A DNA stretch of 64,000 bases from Ptychomitrium polyphyllum (taxonomy: Eukaryota). The stretch lies in assembly GCA_973851085.1 (NCBI GenBank), contig OZ316776.1, forward strand, positions 13,950,001-14,014,000. The letters are read 5' to 3'. Positions 50,260 to 64,000 of the stretch are shown piece by piece. The position numbers and the translations under genes are program-made. Under the pieces are notes generated by a model, which saw nothing but the letters and a program-made list of their open reading frames with translations, had not been told where the DNA came from and did not search any database. Each line of letters starts with the position of its first letter. Position 1 is the first letter of the stretch.

Positions 50260-53200
50260 TTAAGTTTTTTTTAATTTAAAGATATGGTTAGATAAAGGCT
50301 TAATAAAGGAGATTAGGGGCTGATGTGGAGAGATAAAGCTAATGTAGAGTGATAAGAGGCAGATGTGACGGTTTGACCACCGCCTTCTTCTTCTCTTTTG
50401 GCCTCTTCTTTCCTCTTGGCCTCTCCACTAGAATAAAAGGCAATCCTTTCTTTGGGTGATGGATATAACAAACTTCTTATTTTGAATTGATTTTTCTTAG
50501 GTTTTTTTTCTTTTGTTTGTAGGCTTTTTAAAATGTCATTACACGCTCCATTTGGAGTTGTTATATGACAATGGCACTAGTTTGAATAAAATTGGTCCAG
50601 CTACCTTGAATTTTTAAAAGGAGCTGCTTTTAGTGCTTATAACTTTTTGTGGAAAAGGTCTTTGAAGATGAAATTTCGAGGGTAGTATTTTGACTACTTA
50701 AAAATAATGGTGTAAAATTTTTGAAAAAAAAGGGCTTTTGTGGTAGGAGTTGTAGGAGAATATGTAACCGGGTTTTAGAAGGCAGTATACAACAGAGTTG
50801 GAATTATATATTTTGGCTATAAAAAAAGATTGGAGAAGTTTCTAAGATTGATATTTTGGTGAAATGTTTATTGTAAGATAAATTGTATGTATAAAACTTT
50901 TAAAATCTAGATTCATGGTGGAAAAGAAGTCATAAGGTGGTAAAGTGAGGAAATGTGGTGAGAAGGATGAAAGCTTTGATTGCATGGTTCTCAATGAATA
51001 TAGCAACTATGATTATGAAAATTTTAGAATAGTTTTTGCATGCTTTTAAAAACATAGTGCCAAAATATCAAGGTCATTGGACTTTGGAATAGAAAATATG
51101 GACAAATTTGTAAGCAAAATGTTGAGGGCAGTACATGGTTATGGTTTGGATTTGGATTGTGAACTTTACAAAGTATGTAAAATATGATAAACAAACTTTT
51201 GCACATAATTGACTTCAATTATAACACCATTTTATCAAATTATTGAGGAATTAGTAGTAACTAGAAGCTCGGTGTTTTTTCAAAGCAAGGCTTTCTTTCT
51301 ATGACAATGTGATATGGCATCAAGTGCTTAAGTGATGTAGTGATTGACTTACAAGAAAATACTTGAAGGAATATTTTTCAACAGTTAACTACAACATAGA
51401 CTTGCAATTGTTGCAGATTATAATAATTATCTTAAATTTGATATTTAATTGAATTAAATGTATTATTACATTAGAATTTTTCAAATAAGCTTTTTAAAAT
51501 TATTTTTATAAAGGATGTAGTATTATTTCATTTTTTGAACATCAATCATTTTCTACACTAAAATATAAACCTTTCATATGCTTTTCAATCATCACATTTT
51601 AAAATAAGGATTTAAATAATCTCTATAAAAACCTCCTTTAAATAATTATAATTTTTTTGTAATAATATTATATAAACAACATTCAATAAGAGATAAAGTT
51701 TTATATATGTCATTCTTTGCTCTTTATTTGTAAAAATTAAACAAAATAATTCAAATAAAGTGGTTTAATAAAAAAAAAATATATTAACATTATCATGTAT
51801 TCCATGTATATATTAATTTTTAATGGCATAGTATACATAAAGTGTATATTAAATAAATTCAATGTTTTATTGTATTTTCATCTTAAATTGCATTAAATTC
51901 ATTCATTTGTCTTCAAAAAATTTGGAATGTTTTCATTCATATAAATGATTTTGTATGTATATCTTTATAATAGAGAAATATAGTAAAAACATATTTTAAA
52001 TTACTTGTTAAAGCTTTTGAAAGAGGATATAAGGATTAAAAAATCATTCCTTTGAATTGTTTCAATCAATTTTTTTTTCTTTATTTTTTTTAAACCATTT
52101 GGATTGTTCAAGGTATAGCCACATATAGGCAGGAATTGAAATATAATTGGCAATAGAATAGGAAAATTTTCATCCAACATTAAGAAAAGGTTTTATTGTT
52201 TTAAAAGTTATTTGATGGAACATAATTTTTTATTTATTTTATATATGTGTGGAGTCATTGTGTTTGTAACCTAATTTACAAATTTAATTAGTAGGCCTAA
52301 TTAATTATTTGAAAGAAGTCTTAAGACTATGAAGCCAGATTTGGAAGTGATGAAGTATTTATAATATGCCCAACTTAAGAATGTTTTGATGTGCAATTTT
52401 TTTTTTAATCAACTACATGAATTAAAAATTATAATTCTTTCTACATCATACAAGAAAAATAAATAAAAACTTATTTTAAAAATACTCAAATTCAAATAAA
52501 ATAGTTGACCATTCAAAATTCTTCATCAAGTTAAATTAATTTTTGTATAAAAGAAAGCAATGAAGGCATATATTAACAAGCAAGACAATATTCTTTTTAA
52601 AAATAAAAAAATATAATAATCAAAATGATAAATTTCTTAAAGTTTATGGTAAAACAATGCAAAAAATAAATTTCCGTAATACATAATATTCTAATGCAGA
52701 AAAAAATCACTCTTACTATCCAATATTATTTTCTCAAAGTAATATAAGTTTTTTGAACTATATTCACTGTACCTCATCAATGGTCCTTTGTTCCGTATAG
52801 ACATAAATTCAGACCTTTAGTAAGTTCACACCAAAAATGAACTATCAGTTTTCAATATCTTGTCTTAACACATGTGGCTTGTCCAAAATGTGCATATGAA
52901 TCTGTGGACAATGGTTGGCCCATTTTTAAGAAAAATTACCATTCCAAGCCTCTCTAAACCACAAACACAGGTGAATCCATGTTTATAGAATGTTATGTAG
53001 AATATCGTAGAATAATAAGTAGAATTCCTCCTTAAGTAAGTTTTGAGCTTGGAAATGACAACGGAAGATGGTGCTTGTTGCGAAGCTTCTGCCTCAGCCA
53101 AGTAAATTTACTCGCAAGTCATATCTGGTTATAGACTACATAATTGTCGACCAACCTGCAATTCCACATGCACATCGCTAACACTCGGCATCATAGAACC

Positions 53201-53941
53201 AAAATTCCCTAGATTCAAAATATCAATGCCGATGGATAGATGAGTGAGAAGGGTAAATTGTACAAATGCATCAGCACTGAATGATTGATTACGCGCTTTC
53301 CCTGCAATGATTGGTCCACTCTCCGTCCACCCACCATCCCCTAGAATCTACCAAGCGCGACAAATCCATGGAGTCCGACATCCAGGGCGCACCAGCGGAC
53401 CAGAGTGCCCGAGAGCAGCAGCTTCGATCCTGACCACGACCTTACATCTTGGATATAAGAAGAAAATTGTGGTAATTCTATGGGAAAGAAAGATTGGGGT
53501 GAGGAAATTCAGAGTCAGTTGGAGAGGACCCGGGGGGGTTGGGAGGAGAGAGGGTGGCTATGGCGAGGGCGAGGGCGAGCGAGGGTGTGTGATTTTGTAC
53601 GCGATGCCCGGCAAATAATTTTGCACTTCTCTCTCTGTCTCCATCTGTGTTTTTGTCTGTCTGTCTGTCTGGGTCCGTCTGTGGCCGTCTTGCGCCTTTC
53701 ATCGCCAACGCTCTGGGGCTCCCCCTGCGCCGTCGCCTATTCAACCGCTTTTTGTGCGCTTGTCCGCGCCCTTGTGTGCTGCTGCTCTCCTCTTTGCTGC
53801 CGGGCAACTCTCTTCGTCTTCTCACTCAACAACGTCGTCGGCAGTTTCTTGCTGCGTCTGCGTGGAGATCCAGGCTTAGGGTGAGCGGATCGGACGCTAC
53901 TGCTTCTTCTTCTGCTTGACTACTTTCGCCGTGCCGGCACC

Positions 53942-56900
53942 ATGAATCCTGAGTAGTAAGTTCTCTTCCTTTCGCTCTTTGCTTTTCTGGGAGCCGTTTT
54001 GTCGTGCGAGAAGTGTGTGCATGTGCCTTTTCTGCGATGTCGGTGGTTTGCTTGGAAGCCGAGGTTTCCCGTTTTGCTGCTTGTGCTGGTGAACTGGGAA
54101 GAAGCGGCCTATATAGAGAGGGTTAGTGGTTGCGGCTGTTAATAACTTTGGTTGCAGATCCTTCGTGGTGACGTTGACGCAGAGCAGTGTTACGTGGTTT
54201 CATGATGCGCTCTGTTATGTCTCTGTTGGACGAAGTGCCTGATGAGAGGAGGTTGTTAGTATTTGTGTCCACGTGAGGGTATGTAGGATTTGTACTTTGG
54301 ATGGCTTTTCTTGAGACGCGGTCTTGCCCATCCGTCCTGGGCCAGTTCCACAAGCAAGATGTGTAGCCTTGGAGATGCGATGTTTATGGGCAGGGGAGAG
54401 CAGGTGATTCACTGTGGAGAAGTATGGCGAGGCACTTCTGCTTTTTCGATGTGTTCCCGTTAATTGCTTCGGCCACGTTTCGCCTTCTTGATTTTGCAGG
54501 GAATGGCCCAGCTCGTATGTTTGACACGGCGTAGAGATCTGGCCCGTCCGCTCTTATTATCATAACGGCTCATAGCGGCCATGCAGAAGTAGATGTAACT
54601 TCGCATGGAGGGCGTTGCGGTCATGTCTGGGAGGAAATGTTGAGAGATGCTGTATTGTTGGAAAGAATTCGGCCAGGATTTTACGTTGCTTGTGCTGAGT
54701 TCGACCTTCGTAAGAAAAATCCAGAGGGTAGGGTTCGGGTGTTTCCAGGCGGACGGGACAGACGTCCACGAGAGTGGTGACGTCATTAGGTTTGTCAGGA
54801 CGAGGTGTGGTTTGGACGACATATCGTTCTGTCTTGTTGAAACCGTCATTTTCGCCCTTGGGCTTTGATGATCGAATGCTTTTCTCTGAGGTGGGTGTGT
54901 GTTCGTGGGAAGTTTTACCTTGCGCTGAAACGATCATGCGTTCCCCAGGCTGATATTGTCACTCTGGTCCAAGATTCTGCTTCCAGTATTTCTGTATATT
55001 GCTTTATGATCGATGGCGAAGATCCACTCTTAGTTTGGTGAAGACTTCTGAAGGGAAGTGTTTCTTCGCGAGGAGTTCCACCTGCAATGATTGTGCTTTG
55101 CTGATGGTCGAAGGCCTTGTACTTAGGACGGTTGCGGTGGTCCTTGCTGGGCTCATTTTGTGCTCGTTCGTTGGCAATCCGATAGTCTTTGAGGCACCTG
55201 AAGAAGTAGGTGCTAGATGGCGAAGGCCCTCGTCCCGAAGGAGCGCAGGATCCGATTAGGGTAGTTGATCTTAGGGTTGCAGTGGATGTCACCTGGAGAC
55301 CGCTTAAGATGACCGGACGTCTCCATCTGGCGCTGGAGTTCTCTGTGCGTGATGTTCTACAGACGGTGACAATTGCAGCATTGGAGTAGTGCTCTAGTGT
55401 GTTAGATTGGTTGTCATTGTGGGTCCCATGTCTGTGGTTGGGTGCAGTGCACGAGTGTGCATTTCGGGTGGTTCGTGTTTTCTGCTATTCGTGGTTGGCA
55501 AGGGCCGTTATCGTTCCGCAGAGGCCGGACTGAACCTGGTGCCTCTTGCTTTCTTTTTTGCAGTGACTATCTTTTCAAGCTCCTGCTGATTGGAGATTCA
55601 GGTGTCGGAAAGAGTTGCCTTCTGTTGCGATTTGCGGTATTTATCCGATGCCCATTTTCTTCCTTTCCAGGAGTGTTCCCCGCTGCAGAGAGTGTTGGAT
55701 GTGCAGGTCTGCATCGTGGAATCGTTTTGAGGTGACGGCGTTTTGCGGTCACTGTATGAACTTGAGAGAGGACATGTTTGGCACGCCACGTGTAATTCGT
55801 GCTCGGGAATGGAAATGACCGTGGACGTGTGTGCAGGACGACTCGTACTTGGAGAGCTACATCAGCACAATTGGAGTGGATTTCGTGAGTAACAGTGGCT
55901 CTCCTGTGTTTTCCGCAGTTTCGTTGTTTCGTGTCAACAGGGCCTGCTGTGTGGTTTTCGGCAGCCGGAGTTGATACGAGTGGTTGGCCGTGTCTGATGC
56001 AAATAGATGGAATTTCCTACCTGATGCTTTGGATGGCTGTGACAGAAAATCCGAACAGTAGAGTTGGACGGGAAGACCATCAAGCTACAAATTGTGAGTG
56101 GGTTTTGGATGCTATGTCGGGAGCAACGTGTTTGCAAGTAGTCGAGTCGGTCTGCACTCGGTAGCTCCTGTGTCGCAGCAGAAAGCTTTTACTACATTGG
56201 CTTGGTCTTTCTCTTGCACGACACGTTGAGTCCGTCGGTCGCTTTTGCATGGATTGGTCCTGGTGATTGGGTGCCTCTTTGGAGGCCTTGAAGCTGGTCT
56301 GTTGCAAGGGGTTGTTCTTATGGGGTGTTCGTAGCAAACGGGGTCATTCTACGCTCGGGGTGCGGTGCCTCCAGATCATGCCAAGGTTCGAGGCGGATGA
56401 GATGAGTTGACCGCGTCTGCTGTGCATGTGTGCAGTGGGATACTGCCGGTCAAGAAAGGTTCAGGACGATCACGAGCAGCTACTACCGCGGTGCCCATGG
56501 GATCATTGTGAGTGGCTTTGCTTTTTGTCGGGAAGTTTGTGGCGGGCACTGTGGAGTAGGAATATGCTATGAATGTGGAAGATGGGCGGAAGTGTCGCTC
56601 GTTTGTGTTACCGGAGACGAGTGACCAAGTTCGTGCTCTGCTCTGCTCTGCAGGTTGTGTACGACGTGACAGATCAGGAAAGCTTCAACAACGTGAAGCA
56701 GTGGCTAAATGAGATCGACCGTTATGCAAGTGAGAATGTGAACAAGCTGCTCGTTGGCAACAAGTCCGACCTTGCATCCAAGAAGGTGGTGGACTACGCA
56801 ACTGCAAAGGTATTTGAGCGGCACCTCACTCGATCTGCCAGCAGTTGAGTCGAGCTACATCTTGAGGTTCTCCTGGTTTGGTTACATCGCAGTATCACCT

Positions 56901-57564
56901 GAGCCCTGTGCCTCCTGGTGAGAGCCAAGTATTCAGGTGGAACATGCATCTTCGGTCCGTCTGGTGTCAATCAGGTTATCCCGTGTCAAGCCATGATCGT
57001 TGGTGGCCCCTTTCATTTCTGACGCATCTTTGGTCGATCTTATGTGTGTCGCGGCGATCAGGCTTTTGCTGATGAGATCGGTATTCCTTTCTTGGAGACG
57101 AGTGCCAAGAATGCCACCAACGTGGAGCAGGCTTTCATGACGATGGCTGCCGAGATCAAGAACAGGTGGGCAAGGCGTCTGTAGGTGTAGGTGGACTTGT
57201 TTTTATTTCTCACATGCGGCTCTGCTGTAGAGATGTGACAACTGGGATCCTGTGTCCGCATGTACGCGCGGCGGCCTCCGGTCAGTGCAGGGGGCCGAGT
57301 CCGGAGTACATCGCTTTGTTTTGAGGAGATTGGCGAGCAGTGTGTACAGTAGATGCGATCCTTGGTGATTTGGTCATTGTCCCTCGTCAAACGTCGGAAA
57401 GCATCATGAATGCGCTTCACAGGCCTCATGTGGGATCCTGATGCGATGGCTGTTTGATTTCGTGCAGGATGGCAAGCCAGCCTGCTTTGAGCAGTGCCAG
57501 CAGGCCGAACAATGTGCAGTTGCGCGGGCAGACCATCCCTCAGAAAGGTGGCTGCTGCTCATAG
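53942..57564 (+). CDS. RABD: Rab1/RabD (YPT1-type) small GTPase, 8 exons
   Basis: [89 protein letters not shown]...NKSD...|...ETSAK...|...QKGGCCS*. All introns are GT-AG. Confidence 0.98.
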
Positions 57565-60026
57565 GTCACCGGGCTGTTTGCCACTGAGTAGGTGCTGCAG
57601 TGCCTTTGTGATCGGGCATTTGTGTATCTGCCCTGGAGGCTACGTGACTCTGCGGCTGTCCTGTGGAGCCTCGCATACATGGCCGATTTGTGTCTCGGTG
57701 GTAGGCTGGCCTGGAGATGCTCGGGTGGTTCCTGTCTGTTTGGCAGGCAGGAACGTTGCTCTGTGACTGTCTATCTTGGTTTGCAAGACTAGTTGAAACA
57801 TTTCAGGTGTCAGATATCCGCCTCGACGGGGTTGGAAGATTTGAAGGGTACACATGTAGGTAGGCACATTCATTTGTGTGTCCAGACTACTGTAAAGTGG
57901 GGACAGGGTAGGGGGGTGTATGTGGGCTTATATGTATACCATGCGTAGGTATGTGCCGTCTGGGGAGGAAAAGCTTGCCATCCATCCTCGCACTGCAATA
58001 TTATCAATTTACCGTTTTTTGTCATTCGAACATTCAGCTATTGTCCAGCTGGTAAAATGCACATTCACTTTCGTTTCTTTGATATTTTGGAAGGTACCTT
58101 GTGAGGAACTGTGTTCTGTTCTGGGTGTGCCTTTTTCCTTCTCATGGTTGTCTGTGATGTTGCATCCTACTCAGCGTGGCATGTCTTGGAACCTTGAGTC
58201 TATTCCTATCGTATGCTAAGACTTGGGGGCGGGTGGGGGGGGGGGGGTGGGGTCTCTGCAATAGGATGGCAGCGATCTCCAAATGTGAATGTTTCAGCAG
58301 GGCTTCATAGAATCAGGCCATCCACCGTTGTTTTTTGGATGGCTTTGAACGTTATTTCTTACGTGCGTTCGTTTTGCGTGCGTGAAGGATTCATATCTGT
58401 TTTATGGTTGCCCGTAATGTGTTGTCCATCCTTTTAATATTGGTCACTGGAATTTGCATGTTGAGGTTTGCTGTGTAGATTTATCTAAAACGTATGGAGT
58501 TGTTTTCGTCTTCGTTTTAGGTCGTCGAGTGTTGGTCCTATGAAACAGGTTCAACTGTGTGGGGACTTCATGGAAGTGGGTACATTGAGCACGGTAACTT
58601 AATCTTTTGCCGGTAACCGTCGTTGCTATCATTGTAGTATAGTTTTACGTTACGATTTTTTATCTCAACACCAAGCGGTATGTTCATATTCATTGTCCAC
58701 TGTTAATTGTCCACTGAGATCTCCAGAACCCGAGCTTGGGCTGCGAACTGTTGTTGGAAGCGTTATGGCATTTGGTGCCGAAGGTTCAGCTTTTTCACTA
58801 AAGGCCTAGAAATGCACATAAATATGTAGTACTTTTTGATGCATTTTGATCCCTTACAATTTTCACATTTATTATGGTTGTATGTTATTCAAGAAGTATA
58901 TGCTATGGAGTTTTAGGTGATTTAATTTGAATACCCTTTACTTAGTGAATATTATGAAAATGAGTGCATTTAAAGATACTGTAGCCAGTACGTGATTTCT
59001 AACAACCTTCTGTAGTTGCACCTATTACACTCATGTTTTTAAATACATTCAAAAGACAGTTTCAAAATTAAATAGCAGAACAACTATTTTTCTAAAAACA
59101 GTGTTATTGTATTTTTGTTTGCTATGTATATTAGATTAAATATTTAGACAAATTTATCTTACAATTTTTTCTAAAACTTACAAGACAATAAGTTATATAT
59201 CACATGAACTTAAGTTAATGAATTAAGAAATGAAGTAAGGAATGCATAGAGTAACAATAAGAAAAGTTGTTTGTTCATAAAATCATAAAACATAATCATG
59301 ATGTGTTTATTCTCTGATTTTGAAGTTTTTGGTATGTAAGATAGTATTTGAAGAACTTTGCCAATTTTCTACCAATATACCATAGTTTGGATTGAAGTGG
59401 TCTTTTAAGAGCTATCAAACATTAAAATACATGACTCTGAAAATCATAGGTTTTTCATCAGATAAGCAATTTTTAGTGTTTGTTTTTAATTGCATGCCAC
59501 GTGTAAGGGCCTACTGTAAAAGCATCTCCTAGCCAAGGTTTTTAAAATGAAAGAAGAATATTATAAGGAATGGCTAAATTTTTTGTTGAAGAGCTTCCAA
59601 TTGTGGTGATGTTTGTGTGCTTTTTTCCATTTTTTCCATTTTTGAAGCAAATTTGGCTATGTATATCAATTTTTTTTGAGATATGATTTTTTGAAAAAAG
59701 TCCCTTTGAAAAGTTAGCATAGTTTGTTCAAATTCGTTTGTACAAAACTAGCGATGATTAGCAAAGTTGTAGATACCTACTTCCAAGACAACTCTAGTTT
59801 TACTTGAAATTACATGGATTTTATGGTAATGGTTGGGTAGTGAATGCAGGATTGCCTAGAGAAGGTGAAAGCTAAATGTGGAGCAAATCATCTCTAATCA
59901 GTGTTGAATTTTTTGACATATGTGCTATGTATAAATACATCAACAACATGAGGCATTGGGAGGTACACTTTTATTGATAGTTCATCAATCTTTGAATGCA
60001 TAGTGTACCAAAACAACCATTGATTA

Positions 60027-60537
60027 ATGCATTGGACCATGGCCCACGGCCCATATATAGACAATGCAAACAATCCTGGACCTGGAGCTTATTATTTGAA
60101 CTATAAGCCAGTCTTGCTTGAAGCACCCAAATACTCATTTGGATTGCGGACTTACAATCCAAATAGAGACGCCCCTGGCCCTGGAGCATATAGACCACAA
60201 AAGCCAGACCATAGTATAGGCCCTTCTTTGGGAAGAAAATTCAATCCTGAATGGTCTGCAATTCCAAGTTCTAGTCTTTACATTCCTCACAATCCAGGTC
60301 CGATTCCTCCCGCCTATAGTATTGGCCAACACATAAATGATGTTAAGTTTAATACTCCCAGTGTTGGCAAGTATAATCTTATCTCTGCTACATTACAAGG
60401 TCCCATGTTTTCCATGGGCAAACGATTTTACAAGCTCCATAAGCATCCAAAAGAAAGGCAGTACTCTAAGGCTTTTAAGTCGCGCTCCACTTGTTGCAAA
60501 GCTCTCCATGATTTGCCTGCTACAAACTCCCGTGGTG
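60027..60537 (+). CDS. SHIPPO-repeat (ODF3/STPG-like) flagellar protein exon, or a pseudogene of one
   Basis: PGPGAY twice plus degenerate PSSSLY and PSVGKY, each followed by a YSFG/YSIG/FSMG-type motif. Likely donor G|GTAAGC at 60538. The 5' end is unclear. Confidence 0.7.
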
Positions 60538-63500
60538 GTAAGCACACATTTCTTCAACTTATTTTTAATATTTTTATATTCCTATTACTTTTCAATCAAG
60601 CCTTTTTTATGTTTGCATGTCATGCATGTCATGTAGTGCTTGTATACATTTAAGCTTGAATCATAAAAAAATTAAATTATGTCAAGAATTGAATATTGGA
60701 TTAGATCATATTGTGTATTGGAGCAATAATCTATGAAGTTGTTAATTCCTCGTTGCAAGTCTCAACTACTCAAAACATTGAAATATGATATAATGAAGAC
60801 ATAATATTGTAGTAATCATTTATTTAAGAATTGTGTTACCAATGCTAGTGTATAATATGCAAAATTAACTAAATACATGAAATAACTTTGTGGAGTAAAA
60901 TGCAATACAATTGTGGTATCAAGTATTATAAGATACTTACATATAATATGGATGTCCTTTACAACAGACTAAAAAAATCATATTGATATTAAGTGCATAT
61001 ACACCTATATATGTATATTTTAAAATGATATATATATTTTTTAATGAACTTCTTAATTTAATCGATTTAAGTATTTTTTCTATATTACCTTAATTGCATG
61101 TTCATTTTATGAAATTGGTAGACTTCATCTTTTCTTTTTCTTTTTTTCAAATTATAAGTAAACAAAATACTAAATTTTTGCTTCATATTGAAGAAATTGA
61201 TTCTCCTACTATAATGCAATCATATTCCTTCTGTAAAATAGAAGTTTTGTCTATCTAATTATTGTGATGGCTTATAAACAACAATTAAAATCATATTATT
61301 TATCATCATTGATAAGAATTATTGGATAAAAAGCTTTAATATAAAAATGAAGACAAAAATTTGGATTACAATGAATTAGATAGCAATAATGTATAATGTT
61401 CAAAACTTTGTAATACATTTTTGGAAATTATGTTCACAATTAAAGATTTAAAAGATATGTTGACCTTGCAGTGGCCTTGGATACTTTGCGTGATGACATC
61501 AAATCTCAAATGAAAATTATTTGCTGTCTTCATTAATCAAAAATTATTTCTTTGTAAATGCATTTTACTCCTTATTATTTCTTCATTTTAAATAAATTAT
61601 ATTAATAAAACAATAGATGACAAAGTTTTAAAAACATCAAATTTGAATACCATCTTTTTTTATTTAGTATAATACGTACTAGTATAAATCTTCATTTCAA
61701 ATATATCTTCTTGTTTATGATTTGCTATTTGAACTAATTTTGTATTGCATTATTTTTATATAATCGATTTTATAGTAATTCAACCTTTATAGCCATGTAT
61801 GTGGATATGGTGAACGGAGGAATATGTGATGGATTTAAATAAAACATGTAACGGAAGGATAAGCTTTTAAACTATGAAAATAGCCAAGGATCTCTAGAAG
61901 GATCTGGACAATTCAACACGTGCTACATTTGCAGTTCCTTCAAGCATACCATGCAACATTGTTTCGTTTCAAGCATGTTTCAGCAGTTTCTATGCACTCA
62001 TCCACCACCTCTAAAAACAATAGAAAATTAGTGAACCATGAGGAGATATACATAACAGAGGTTAATGTTGCTTTGACACAAGCACAAGTGCACTTGGGAG
62101 CACTTTAATTACTGACCCTTATAAATTTGGAGTCCAAACCTTACAAATCAAAGATACAATCAATGGGCAACCCAAAGAATGTCTGCAAAACAATTTTCTA
62201 AATTTCACAGAGAAATTAACAATAAATTCAATGAAGGCCAATACGAGGCAGAGACTCCACGCCGAGCAGAAATTGACAGAAGATGGCCCAATCTTTACAA
62301 ACAGCTTGCTTGGCACAAATTAATTTAAATTTGAGTAACTGGTAGCTTCAGCAAATAGGCTCAAATTTTTTGTACAAGAATTTCTTTGAACGCTTTTGTT
62401 TTTAACATCGGCCTTTTTATTTTGTTTTTTTATTTCCAACACTTGTATTGAAAGAAGTACTTCAAAAAAAGGAAATACTATTGATTGAAGACTTAATTAA
62501 ATCTATAGGCCCACTATGTAAATGAGTTGCATTTATAATTTTTTTGCATTATCAAACTTTAATTCAATGGTCCTACAATCAACACACTATATAGTAGAAG
62601 GTTTATTCAAACAAGGTGGAGGAACAAATAGTAGCCAGTAGTACTAAGAATTAGACTTGGTAGGCCAGTAATATTATTCCTTGTTATGGTCGGTAACTAC
62701 CAAGTAGTCAAAGATTGGTAGTTTTTAATTAATAATAAATATTAAATAAAAGACAATTTAGACAAGTCTATAATTTATAATTACCAAATAGAAGAAAAAT
62801 GGTAGCTTCACAAACCAAGATATGGAAATATCCTAAAAATTTCTATAATGAAGGTACATATATAAAAATTATAATATACTAAAGTATAGTTGATGCATAA
62901 TCACCTAGTTTGGAGTGTACAAATTGATCAATAAAAAACAAAATACAGCACACCTTCAACTTTCTTGGTTGAAGGTTTAAATACTATTTTCTACATCCTA
63001 TAATAGTGGATTTGCATCCATTATTTGAACTAATAGATTAATACTATCATCTGATAGTTACCATTGGAATATATCTAGTAGTTACTGTTGAAAGATGTCA
63101 TGTAGTTACCGCTAGTGAATGTTGAAAGATGTCATGTAATTACCGCTAGTGAATGTTTGATAACACTAAAAGAAAAAAATTGGTAGAAAAAGTCCAGTAG
63201 GCCAGTAAGATTATTCCCCTTCTAGACTAAGTTTATATTTGAAAATTGAGAAAATGAACTACTAAAACATCTCATGAAATTGAAGTCAATAAGGTGTTTG
63301 GCGTGCAAAAGGAAGAGTAGAGTTGAGAGGGGAAGGAGGAATAGTAGCAACAATGGTAGGAAAAAGAAGAATTTGTGGCCTTGTAGGATGTCGCGCACCT
63401 CTCGTTTAGGAGTGCCCGCAACACTAAGGGCACAAGGGGGATCCCGGAGTGACGTCCAGGACTTGTGGCGCCAATAGTGAAAAGAACCGAGTTGGCCTAG

Positions 63501-64000
63501 CGTGGGAAGGATCCCTAAGAGGAGAAACATCTTTGCCCATGTAGACCGAGGGCCACGAGGAATAAATTGTAGGCATTGGAGGAATCACAAAGAGCTGATT
63601 CTAGAATGCTAAAGATTGCTCGAATCGGACAAGGAAGCTAAAAGTTATGACATCCTAAAGTTGGGGTTGCCAAAGAGTTGTTCTGGACTGTGGCAGCCCT
63701 ACATAGTGACTGTATTGGAGTGGGACAGTCCAGGGAGGGACTCCCCGGGAGTCCCGAACCTTGGAAGAGGCGTATCTACCACACTATTAATTCAAATCGG
63801 ACGTTTAAGGAATCTATAGGCATCTACGCAAAGAGCAAATGACGATAGAGTGGTTGTTTGATACATTTGGGCACCGAAAAAAAAAGATATGGCTCCCTGA
63901 AGGTCCGCAGGGAGTTCCGGAGGCTTCCAACGGCTAAGTCCTTAGGGAGATCAGGTGGTCTTCCAAAACTTTTGGTGTGTCAGGGCTCAGCTAGCTACAG

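Noticed and set aside
53956..55563. Several 60-130 aa ORFs in the long RabD intron 1
   Set aside because: No recognisable motifs. Such ORFs are expected by chance in GC-balanced intron sequence.
61860..62330. Possible downstream exon of the SHIPPO gene
   Set aside because: Somewhat coding-like, but it has no recognisable motif and I could not fix a splice frame.
63230..64000. GC-richer terminal segment, possibly a gene or an LTR
   Set aside because: No domain or terminal structure is identifiable within the window.

Overview
Eukaryotic land-plant nuclear DNA, most likely a moss such as Physcomitrium (inferred from intron-rich genes, (CCCTAAA)n, a flagellar SHIPPO-repeat gene and LTR-rich spacers; not proven). 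Host genes: exon 1 of an ABIL/Abi gene (-), HVA22k-like (+), EFR3/SRL2-like (-), RabD/Rab1 (+) and a SHIPPO/ODF3-like exon (+). 2.1-16.8 kb is a nest of two young Ty1/copia families (A, 425-bp LTR; B, 229-bp LTR) that use a half-tRNAiMet primer site and are joined to each other without target-site duplications. Family A LTRs carry TTAGGG repeats. One family B LTR runs into a 120-bp palindrome built from reverse-transcribed tRNAiMet. 31-52 kb is a field of decayed nested LTR elements. Its main occupant is a Ty3/gypsy relic with the order gag-protease-DNMT3-like cytosine methyltransferase-RT-RNaseH-integrase-PHD finger. That methyltransferase- and PHD-carrying retrotransposon is the top finding. 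All coordinates, translations and comparisons were made by eye; no searches were run.
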